IMG/VR virus record: IMGVR_UViG_3300036987_000045 | Location: 1-55,710 of that record | Strand: one strand, 5' to 3' | DNA length: 55,710 bases | From: a virus | Taxonomy: Duplodnaviria; Caudoviricetes | In this document: piece by piece, positions 48,020 to 55,710 of the stretch | How the letters are laid out: each line of letters starts with the position of its first letter | Position numbering within the stretch: the first letter of the stretch is position 1 | Translations under genes and position numbers: made by a program | The notes under the pieces: generated by a model | Told to the model about the DNA's origin: nothing | The model's database searches: none | What the model saw: only the letters and a program-made list of their open reading frames with translations

Positions 48020-48367
48020 TCAGTCCTCCTTCCTAAATTTGTCTAGATACTCGCCAAGGCCAAGCTCCTTGGCTAGCTCATCAATGCAGTCGTTCCAGCC
48101 TTCGGCATACACCTCGTCAACGTTTGGGGAGTACCCGTAGTCTTCAGGATCAATGCGATCACAATCGGGGCAGTATCCGTAGCCATCCTTTGGATCTACG
48201 CGATCACAATCACCCAAGTCCTCAAACCAACCAGGACAATCCATAGTCGCTTCCTTCTTCCCGGCCTCAAAGCCCTCATTGTACCCGATCTGCCAGCTAT
48301 CCTCTTCCATTGGGTTCTCCTCTTTATAGCTTATGTCGGCATCGTACTCGGTGAAGTGCTTGCCCAC
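48020..48367 (-). CDS. Acidic hypothetical protein with a duplicated CDR(V/I)DP.DxGY motif
   Basis: DCDRVDPKDGYGY and DCDRIDPEDYGY. Confidence 0.6.
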   Translation of the reverse strand: MGKHFTEYDADISYKEENPMEEDSWQIGYNEGFEAGKKEATMDCPGWFEDLGDCDRVDPKDGYGYCPDCDRIDPEDYGYSPNVDEVYAEGWNDCIDELAKELGLGEYLDKFRKED

Positions 48368-48376
48368 TCAGCCCTC

Positions 48377-48814
48377 CTAGTCGCCGTATACAGCCATCGC
48401 ACGCCGAGCCGCAACACTTAGCATAGCCATCTCCCGACGTAGCAGCTCCATCTCCCGATCCTTAGCGGCAATAGCGTCGGCCATGTTATTCAATGTGCTG
48501 ACTACCATGCGTAGCTCATCAACGAGGGATGAGGGCGTCTCGGTGGGCTCGGGTTCGGTCGTGCCTTGTAGAGCTGACACCTGGGTTGTCGTCATACGCG
48601 GGACGCCTAGGATCAATGCGTCTAGCTCGTCGAGCAGTACATGGTTTACGTGTAGGCGAGGCAACCCATACTTAGGATGTATCACGCGTGCCGTGCCCTC
48701 GAATACCTTACGCGCCCGTTTGCTAATAGAAGACAGCTTAGAAAGGGGCACTACGCCCAACTCCCGTGCCCGGTCGCACACAAAGCCAGTATAAAATCTG
48801 CTTGTTGTTACCAT
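48377..48814 (-). CDS. Hypothetical protein with C-terminal coiled coil
   Basis: GAGGAGG RBS. Confidence 0.6.
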   Translation of the reverse strand: MVTTSRFYTGFVCDRARELGVVPLSKLSSISKRARKVFEGTARVIHPKYGLPRLHVNHVLLDELDALILGVPRMTTTQVSALQGTTEPEPTETPSSLVDELRMVVSTLNNMADAIAAKDREMELLRREMAMLSVAARRAMAVYGD

Positions 48815-48817
48815 ATA

Positions 48818-49297
48818 CTAGTCCTCCTCTCTCCATTGGTTGTTAGTAAGTATGGCCCGCACATTGGCTATGGATACCTTAAACTTAGATGCAATCTCGC
48901 TGGACGGCATACCAGCGCGATCATACTTCCGTATATTGGCTACTTGTTCACTAGTCAGCTTAGCGTTCGGGTTCTCGTCTCTGCTAGTATGGTGGCTCCG
49001 GTGTTTAATGCTACATATGACTTCAAGGTTGCTCACGCGATTGTCTAATTTATTATGATTGCGGTGGTGGATATTGATCGTGGCTTGACACGGGCCGGAC
49101 AGGAGAAACGCTTCGGCTACAAGCTTATGAATGTACCGCGTATGCCGCGTTCCGTCTGCTAGATAAAGCTGTACAGACAAGTGGCCCCGCTTGCCCGGAA
49201 CCTTTGGGTTCATCGGGCCTTTGGGGCCGCGTACGTTACCAGCATCACTGATCATATAACCAGGGAAGCCGACGATGTCTTTCCAAGTCTCGTTCAT
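48818..49297 (-). CDS. NUMOD4-HNH homing endonuclease
   Basis: ETWKDIVGFPGYMISDAG (NUMOD4), IHKLVAEAF, HHRNHNKLDNRVSNL and a C-terminal HTH. Confidence 0.9.
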   Translation of the reverse strand: MNETWKDIVGFPGYMISDAGNVRGPKGPMNPKVPGKRGHLSVQLYLADGTRHTRYIHKLVAEAFLLSGPCQATINIHHRNHNKLDNRVSNLEVICSIKHRSHHTSRDENPNAKLTSEQVANIRKYDRAGMPSSEIASKFKVSIANVRAILTNNQWREED

Positions 49298-49455
49298 AAT
49301 AAGTATAGGAAAGTGGGGCCGCCCACCTCTCTAGTACGAGCGGCCCCGGTTAGCATTAACACGACTCAGGCGACTTCAGCACCAGCGCTCCGCCACCTAC
49401 GCCGATAGGGCTTCATAGCACTAGTACTGGTTAGGGTTAGCGTTGCGCTAGCGGG

Positions 49456-51657
49456 TTAGATATCGAAGTGGACACAAAGGTCGTTCAGCATATCCTGGAT
49501 CTTGCTGACACCGAGCAGCTCCTCCATCGCCTTGCCCATCTTCTCAGCAGGCGAGAGGATTCGCTCATCGCCACGGGATTCCAGCTGCAACTGGAATTCC
49601 TTCTGGATCGCCGCACCGATGATGTCCCGCCCGATAATGCGGATCTGCCTGATGTCGTCCACGTTGTTGCGGTGGACGGCATACTGCTTAGACGCTTGGA
49701 CGATCTGTTCGATGGTCCGGGGAACCTTGCCGCTGAGATGCTGCGAGGCTTCGGTCAGGTCCTCGTTAGCGTGGACCAGATCCATGCCGTACAGACGGAT
49801 GAGCTTCTCGACCTCGGGTGGTTTGGGCGGGTCAATGACGATGACGCCGTTGAACCGACTGACCAAGCCAGTGGCAATGGCACCGGGCCGGTTTGTGGTA
49901 AACACCGCCATGACCTCGGCACCCTTGGAGCCGACCGAGGCAACCGTGTTCATGATCTCCTGGGTCATGTCGTTGCGCTCGGCGTCCGAGCTGATGCGGT
50001 CGATGTCCTCAACGAACACCACACAGGGGCCGAGGGGCCGGGCCGCAACCAAGGCGTCGGGCACAGCCTTAAGGGACTTGACACTGATGAACGTAACGTT
50101 GACGTCGCGGCAGACGTTTGCCAAGGCCGCAGCCAGCACCGTCTTGCCTACGCCGTACGTCCCGCTGATAAGGACCGCGCCACCAAAGGGACGGCCCAGC
50201 TGCTTGAGTACCTCCCTCTTGGTGACGGGCGCTATGAGGTGGGTACCGATCTGGTCGAGGATCTCTTCACTGTAGATGAGGTCACTCATGTGGACGGGCG
50301 GATCGAGGAAGCGGGGCTGCTCGGTCCAATTGATCTCACCGAAGTCGTCTAGGGCTAGCTCTATGGCTTTGCCGCGGTAGATGGAGTGCTTCCGTACATA
50401 CTCGCGGGTTAGATCCGCCAGTTTGCGGACGAGGGGCAGATCCCGCTTGATAACCTCGCCGCGGATGCTGAAGATCATGCGCTTGTCCTTACGACCAATG
50501 CCGCAGGACAGCTCGCCTTTGATGCCGGGGATGCTGAACTCACCCCAGATCACTTCCTCGAAGACACCGGGATCGACCTCAACCGAGATGGACTTGGGCG
50601 GGATCTTGCCGAACATTGTATCGGTGGCCTTGACCCGGCCCCAGCCATGTAGCTTGCCCATGGCACGGGAGAACTGCACAGCGCCGTCCCAAGGGAAGCA
50701 GTCCGCGATGTCCTCAACAATGGCCATGACCTCGTTGTCTTCCTTTGCTTTGTCCAGCAGAAGCTTGGCCGCTTCCTCGGGGGGCATGGGAGTGGCACGG
50801 TAGGGCGTGCTGGGCAGGGCGATGTCGGGGCGGGATTCCCAGTTGATCTCGGCGTTCTTGGTCGGGTCGTCTTTCTTGGTAGTACTCATAGTCTCGTCTC
50901 CTTTTCCTTTGGTGCTCGGGCCATGCCCGGCGGTTACGGATGAACCACTGTCGGCCAACATCTCGTCGGCTTGCTTCATCAGCTTGGACAACTCACTCAT
51001 GTCCTCGCTGTCGCTGGTGTTGTGTTCATACCAGTACTCCATGGCGGCGCGTAGCTGCTTGCGGACAATGTCATGGTCGGTGTAGTTCCATGCCCGCCAG
51101 ACCTTAGGCGACAGTGTGTGGCTGTAGTCGCTTGGGTGATTGAACGTTTTGGCTCTCTGTCTCAATGAAGAGGGATCGGGGTTCCCTACACCGAGGGGGC
51201 AGTCCTCATCAAAACCCTCCAGCCAGGCAATAGGGATGAACAGCGTCCCTTTCCTGGCATTCCATTTCACCATGTACGGCTGCACGACACGTGGCTTGTA
51301 CTTCTCACACGCCGCCTCGCCATCGACAGCAGCCTCCATAATGTACCACTGCTTGCTACGCTCGTTGGCAACAGCAACCGCTGTCTCCAGTTCCTTCTCT
51401 ACCTCATCTATCGGGGAACAGTGCCAACTCCGATAGTCGGTGGATTTCTTGAAAGGCCAACCCCACTCGGGGTCGAGCGCCACACACCCCACCTTGATAC
51501 CTTCTTCTTCAGCAAATATCTCGAGGAACTTGCTGGGTAGACAGACTGTTGCAGCGCCCTCTCCCCTGTCTACAAGGATGGGCTGTCCCTGGTCAAGGTC
51601 GGCCTGGGACAAGTCGTCAATGTCTCCATTGGTTTTATTTATGTACCACACACACAC
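49456..51657 (-). CDS. AAA+ ATPase with a long N-terminal extension
   Basis: GTYGVGKT (Walker A), VVFVEDID (Walker B) and TTN (sensor 1); internal RBS and ATG at 50889. Confidence 0.85.
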   Translation of the reverse strand: MCVWYINKTNGDIDDLSQADLDQGQPILVDRGEGAATVCLPSKFLEIFAEEEGIKVGCVALDPEWGWPFKKSTDYRSWHCSPIDEVEKELETAVAVANERSKQWYIMEAAVDGEAACEKYKPRVVQPYMVKWNARKGTLFIPIAWLEGFDEDCPLGVGNPDPSSLRQRAKTFNHPSDYSHTLSPKVWRAWNYTDHDIVRKQLRAAMEYWYEHNTSDSEDMSELSKLMKQADEMLADSGSSVTAGHGPSTKGKGDETMSTTKKDDPTKNAEINWESRPDIALPSTPYRATPMPPEEAAKLLLDKAKEDNEVMAIVEDIADCFPWDGAVQFSRAMGKLHGWGRVKATDTMFGKIPPKSISVEVDPGVFEEVIWGEFSIPGIKGELSCGIGRKDKRMIFSIRGEVIKRDLPLVRKLADLTREYVRKHSIYRGKAIELALDDFGEINWTEQPRFLDPPVHMSDLIYSEEILDQIGTHLIAPVTKREVLKQLGRPFGGAVLISGTYGVGKTVLAAALANVCRDVNVTFISVKSLKAVPDALVAARPLGPCVVFVEDIDRISSDAERNDMTQEIMNTVASVGSKGAEVMAVFTTNRPGAIATGLVSRFNGVIVIDPPKPPEVEKLIRLYGMDLVHANEDLTEASQHLSGKVPRTIEQIVQASKQYAVHRNNVDDIRQIRIIGRDIIGAAIQKEFQLQLESRGDERILSPAEKMGKAMEELLGVSKIQDMLNDLCVHFDI

Positions 51658-51660
51658 CTC

Positions 51661-51954
51661 CTAGTCGAGTTGGCTAAGGACTGATTCGTTCTGTTTGATG
51701 CTGTATGCCGCAACGCGGACATGCGAAACGAATATGTCCCGGTTAAAGTTCTCGTTCGTTTCCCGCAGTTCCTGTACCAGCACCTCAATCAGGCGCAGGA
51801 ACTGCTCGTCAGTCAGGCTCAGCTCACGCGCAATCTTTACTGCCGTACGTGCCACCCAACTGAAGTGCCTCCCAACAAAGAACTTGGGCGAGCGAGGAGG
51901 ATGCCGCCCGCCCCCATTTCCGTGTTCCTTCATATCAGTACCTCCTCGTGACAT
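51661..51954 (-). CDS. Hypothetical early protein
   Basis: ORF with NENFNRDIF; RBS suggests ATG 51933. Confidence 0.55.
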   Translation of the reverse strand: MSRGGTDMKEHGNGGGRHPPRSPKFFVGRHFSWVARTAVKIARELSLTDEQFLRLIEVLVQELRETNENFNRDIFVSHVRVAAYSIKQNESVLSQLD

Positions 51955-51959
51955 AGAAT

Positions 51960-52373
51960 TTAGTGAACCGTCTTATTGGCATACGGCACGCTGTACGTGC
52001 CGTCATCTTTGTACAGCATCTCGATGGTGTCATGTTCACATCCAGTATTCCTGTCAACGACACCGCACATAGCCTCCATACAACGGCTGCCGACTCCAGT
52101 TGCAGGGTTGCCAACCAGATCCAGATACCGTTGGAACTGTTCAGGGCTAGAGGCTTGACGAACGCCTTCCGTCAGGTAACGGGCAATGCCGCAGACAATC
52201 TGGGCGATGGTCGTTAGGTCGGCTTCTACACTGCCCATAATGCCCGTTGCGTGGGTAGCGCCATCGTACTTACCATGAGTAACGATAAGTACTGACTCAG
52301 CTCCCAGGTGCTTAAGGGCTTTCGTCGCGGCCTCGGCAATCTTAGCCGCCATGTCGTGCTTATCCTTTTTCAT
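51960..52373 (-). CDS. Hypothetical early protein
   Basis: AGGAG RBS; N-terminus resembles 52548-52925. Confidence 0.6.
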   Translation of the reverse strand: MKKDKHDMAAKIAEAATKALKHLGAESVLIVTHGKYDGATHATGIMGSVEADLTTIAQIVCGIARYLTEGVRQASSPEQFQRYLDLVGNPATGVGSRCMEAMCGVVDRNTGCEHDTIEMLYKDDGTYSVPYANKTVH

Positions 52374-52547
52374 TGGGTTCTCCTATCTAGTGATAGCATT
52401 AACTGCTTGAGCCACACAGATCAACACACAGTAGAAACAAACCAGGAACAGTAGATCGTCCATAGTTACCTCCGCGTTATAGCCTGTCCAGCCACCAACA
52501 CACCGCGATCACGAACGCGCAACACACACCGAGCAGGATCGCAGTAT

Positions 52548-52925
52548 TCATAACGGTTTCACCAGCTTGGTTGTGGCAGTATAGGGCACCAGATGTTCTA
52601 GCTCCCCGCTTTGGGCCTGATGGCGCATTTGACGGAGAGCTTCTTGCTGGAAGTCTTCCGCATCTGAGGTGCTATTGGGGGCCGACACAACACCGAGACC
52701 AGCCCCAATCTCGTTGACAATCTTAGCCGCAGTCTGGGCAGTCAGATTGCCAATACGATTGTCTGTCAAACCTCCAAACACCAGCAGCACTTTGGTATGG
52801 TCTGGAGCTGCATGATCGTCACCGAGGTCCACCGAGATTATGGCAGCCTTCGCCCCGAGCCGCTTAAAAACATTCAGCGCCGCGTCCGCTATCAGTTCCG
52901 CTTTCTTCTCGTCATCCTTAGTCAT
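52548..52925 (-). CDS. Hypothetical early protein
   Basis: GAGGAG RBS. Confidence 0.6.
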   Translation of the reverse strand: MTKDDEKKAELIADAALNVFKRLGAKAAIISVDLGDDHAAPDHTKVLLVFGGLTDNRIGNLTAQTAAKIVNEIGAGLGVVSAPNSTSDAEDFQQEALRQMRHQAQSGELEHLVPYTATTKLVKPL

Positions 52926-52958
52926 CTTATTCTCCTCGCCGTCTCGTTTGCGGCACGA

Positions 52959-53330
52959 TCAAAGCAGCTTGGCCATAACCTGGCACAATGCCAGCGCCGC
53001 ACAGGAACCGAATAGCTCCTCTATAAGATCGCGGGGCAGACTCTGTACGCCTAAGGACTTGATGATCCCGTCCATATTCAGGTTGTCTTTCACCGCGTTG
53101 GCAATGTGCTGGCCACCTGCCTCGCCAACGCTTACACCTTTCAGCTCGGCAAGTTCCCTAGACATGTTGCCAACAATAGTGCCCAGAAGCATAGTAAGGC
53201 GCTTGGAGTCGGACTTGAAGTTCTCGATAAACTTGTCGATCAGCAACGCAGACAGCCTCTCGCTATACGACTTTCCTTCCTCGTTACCCACCTCGCTCTT
53301 GTTGGCAGCAAAGTCTTTACTCTTAATCAT
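52959..53330 (-). CDS. Hypothetical early protein
   Basis: AAGGAGG RBS. Confidence 0.6.
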   Translation of the reverse strand: MIKSKDFAANKSEVGNEEGKSYSERLSALLIDKFIENFKSDSKRLTMLLGTIVGNMSRELAELKGVSVGEAGGQHIANAVKDNLNMDGIIKSLGVQSLPRDLIEELFGSCAALALCQVMAKLL

Positions 53331-53440
53331 GGCTAGTCCTCCTTTTCCGTTGGTTGTTTATCATAACTACTGGTTCCTAGCTCCTCAAGACAAACCAAAG
53401 CCCTGTGTAAGCGGCTTTGGGTTGGATTCAAAAGCGAGGA

Positions 53441-53698
53441 CTACTCAAACGTCTCGACAATGTTGCTCTGCCTTTGTGAACGGGGAGTCTTAACTGGCTC
53501 GACAACCTTGACCATGCTAGCCTGCTCGGCGGTCATGGGACGGGAGGGCAGGCCCATGCTCCGCCAATATGCAGCCCACAGCTTCGCTGCCATGTGCTCG
53601 GCAGCGCGTGCCGCGTTGTACAGCTCGAGGCGTAGGGCCAGCTTGTCCTTCCCGTTCAGCTCGTTGACGTCCTTGGTGATTAGGTCTTGCCAGGCCAT
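53441..53698 (-). CDS. Hypothetical early protein
   Basis: GAGG RBS; tightly packed with neighbours. Confidence 0.55.
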   Translation of the reverse strand: MAWQDLITKDVNELNGKDKLALRLELYNAARAAEHMAAKLWAAYWRSMGLPSRPMTAEQASMVKVVEPVKTPRSQRQSNIVETFE

Positions 53699-53701
53699 AG
53701 C

Positions 53702-53917
53702 CTAGTCCTCTCTACCGCATGTGTACGCATACGCAAAATGTGGGGACGGCTCGACGCACTCCACACGACCAGGCCCCATGTCCCTGGTCAAGAGCGCGGC
53801 CAAATAAAAAGGGCGCGTAGTCGGCTGTTTCTGCCCGACACACACACCCCGGTGGTACACTTCCCGCACAATCTTGCTGGCGGGGGCCTTGGTCATCTTT
53901 ACGCGCTTAATTTCCAT
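53702..53917 (-). CDS. Hypothetical early protein
   Basis: GGAGG RBS. Confidence 0.55.
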   Translation of the reverse strand: MEIKRVKMTKAPASKIVREVYHRGVCVGQKQPTTRPFYLAALLTRDMGPGRVECVEPSPHFAYAYTCGRED

Positions 53918-54120
53918 TGGTTATTCCTCCTAGTCTAGAGTCCAGTTACCAGATAAGAAAATCGGCCGTAGGAAAAATCCATGCCCAAAGTGTACCATAT
54001 GGAGCACCTCTGTCAAGCATTATTTTAGCCTCCAACCTATTGAAATTATTCGCCTCATCATTTTCCCAAAAAAGGAATTGAACCAAAGACCAAAACCCCT
54101 TTTCCCTGTCTAGCCCGTTC

Positions 54121-54471
54121 CTAGTCATTATTCTCTTTAGCGCGTCGCTTACGCTCCCGTTCCACTTCCCTCTCGCGTCGCTTCATCGCGTCAATTTCCT
54201 CATTCAGCTTCTCGGTACGAACGCGATACGCCGAGTTCTCCCGACGTTTGATCTTGGTAACACGTTCATAATAGCTCTTGAAGTACGCGGCACGCTTCTC
54301 TTTAGCGCGTTCGCGTCGCTTATCCAGACAAATATCACACATACCAAAGCGCCTGGGAAAGTGTTCATACCCGCGGAACTGGTTACACTCCCCACAAAAG
54401 CGCCCCTCGATCTCGATCCCATGCTCAAACACGCGTCCACAGGTCTTACAGAACGGCTTCATCTTAGCCAC
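54121..54471 (-). CDS. Cys-rich basic early protein
   Basis: Three CxxC motifs and a basic tail; first gene after a consensus promoter. Confidence 0.55.
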   Translation of the reverse strand: MAKMKPFCKTCGRVFEHGIEIEGRFCGECNQFRGYEHFPRRFGMCDICLDKRRERAKEKRAAYFKSYYERVTKIKRRENSAYRVRTEKLNEEIDAMKRREREVERERKRRAKENND

Positions 54472-54535
54472 CTCGTCATCCCCCTTTAATGCTTATCACT
54501 TATAGCTTATATGTACTCGTTATGCATACTATTTA

Positions 54536-54563
54536 AGTATAGTCCAACGCGTACGTTTGTCAA
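54536..54563 (-). promoter_or_regulatory. Sigma70-type early promoter
   Basis: TTGACA-N16-TATACT on the minus strand. Confidence 0.65.
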
Positions 54564-54711
54564 TATAAAAAATATGTACACACGTTTACGGCTCAAGTCG
54601 GGACACAGGCTTCCGGCCGGGGCATGTTCATATCGAGCAAATGCTCATAAAAGTAACGTGTATCGCCTAGTCGTTTGCGGCACTTTTGCCTACTAGCCAG
54701 GGACTAGGCAT

Positions 54712-54740
54712 AAAAAAGGACGCGCTCTATTAAGCGCGCC
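54712..54740 (-). terminator. Rho-independent terminator
   Basis: GCGCGCT-TAATAG-AGCGCGT stem followed by CCTTTTTT. Confidence 0.55.
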
Positions 54741-54825
54741 AAATAATGTAATATTTTTCCATAGCTATCCAATATTCCCTCATTAACAACACATACTAGA
54801 TTGATAGTATATGGTCTTTTAGCAC

Positions 54826-54862
54826 AAGAAAAACCCGGACCCTGTAATAGCAATCCGGGTTC
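54826..54862 (-). terminator. Rho-independent terminator after the first early gene
   Basis: AACCCGGA...TCCGGGTT followed by TTTC. Confidence 0.65.
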
Positions 54863-54874
54863 TGTAGTTATGGC

Positions 54875-55240
54875 TTAAGCGATTTCAACCGCGCCTTTGC
54901 CACTTTTCTTACCACCCTCAGCGGTATCGTCAATCTTGATACCCAAAACCTTATGATTCGCTTTGGCTTTGGCCCTGATCAGCGGCAGAAGTTCTTCCAT
55001 AATGTCCTCTATCCCCAAAGTCAAAGTCAACCGTTTCACATCACCCTTGTCATTGACCTCGGCAGCGGAGGGAATGACAACCTCAATCTTCCCCTTGCCT
55101 AAATCGCGCCCAAAAACCTTGAACTGTTCCGCTGTAACGAACCCCTTCTGATTGATACCCACAAGCTTCAGGGTATGGCTCTTACCAAGAGCTACACAAG
55201 CATCCGCATACAGTTCCGCAACCTCTTTTTTGGCTTCCAT
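54875..55240 (-). CDS. First early gene, hypothetical protein
   Basis: AAGGGG RBS; has its own promoter and terminator. Confidence 0.7.
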   Translation of the reverse strand: MEAKKEVAELYADACVALGKSHTLKLVGINQKGFVTAEQFKVFGRDLGKGKIEVVIPSAAEVNDKGDVKRLTLTLGIEDIMEELLPLIRAKAKANHKVLGIKIDDTAEGGKKSGKGAVEIA

Positions 55241-55379
55241 GATATTTCCCCTTGGTTTGTTTTGATAGGTTGCCTCATCCCTATCAGAATTAAGCTAATA
55301 GCCTACAGGCGTCTTAATTCTCTCCGGTCCTTTGATCAATCCATGATCATTGTCAAAGAATGAATCAACCCTCCCTTTT

Positions 55380-55407
55380 ATTTTAACCATTGTACCAAGT
55401 ATGTCAA
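55380..55407 (-). promoter_or_regulatory. Sigma70-type early promoter
   Basis: TTGACA-N16-TAAAAT on the minus strand in the AT-rich control region. Confidence 0.55.
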
Positions 55408-55583
55408 GTAAATAATGAATAAATATTGTATTGACAGATATATTTTTTCTCTAGTCATATTTTTTCTAGCTAGGATCGTACGGCAGGAAAAATAACAGGG
55501 GACTAGTATATGTTTTTCATTTAGATTAATATTATTTATTGCAAGCAGCGTGCCAAATAAAAATATATGCCGCTAGGCGCTAG

Positions 55584-55710
55584 GCGATTAATGGTAATAT
55601 ATGCTGTCATGCATAGCGTCCATGTGGCATGGGCAAGTCTTAATAATTCCTAGCTCGTAGGTAGACATACACACCCCCGAGGCAGGGTATGGACGCATCT
55701 TGTGCGGCGG
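55584..55710. repeat. Terminal direct repeat (copy of 1-127)
   Basis: Exact match to bases 1-127. Confidence 0.95.

Noticed and set aside
49468-51436. Long + strand ORFs antisense to the AAA+ ATPase (e.g. 49468-50352, 49502-50275)
   Set aside because: No RBS or motifs; expected shadows of a GC3-rich gene.
55584-55710. 127-bp terminal repeat as a biological DTR
   Set aside because: The length matches a common assembler k-mer, so it most likely marks circular closure only.

Overview
This window is an apparently complete circular genome (about 55,583 bp plus a 127-bp assembly overlap) of a podovirus-like tailed dsDNA phage. An i-/o-spanin pair points to a diderm (Gram-negative) host. The + strand (about 370-32,017) carries the packaging, head, tail, lysis and ejection genes. 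The - strand (55,240 down to 32,014) carries small early genes, an AAA+ ATPase, a Cas4-like nuclease, a Sak4-like ATPase, an SSB, a UDG-PolA fusion polymerase and a DUF3987-type helicase. No integrase, repressor, tRNA, CRISPR array or reverse transcriptase was recognised. The main finding is a candidate phage-encoded nonulosonic acid (pseudaminic-like) protein-glycosylation system. A Maf-family flagellin-type glycosyltransferase and a PseB-like dehydratase sit inside the capsid operon. A NeuB/PseI synthase, SpsF/PseF cytidylyltransferase, PseH-like GNAT, class III aminotransferase and Gfo/Idh/MocA oxidoreductase cluster on the opposite strand. This suggests virions coated with a possibly non-canonical sialic-acid-like sugar. 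Other notable items are a protein-kinase-like gene among the tail genes, an unannotated protamine-like peptide in the head module, a PHP metallohydrolase embedded in a virion protein, and several repeated hairpin motifs. All family assignments come from recognising motifs by eye, not from database searches.
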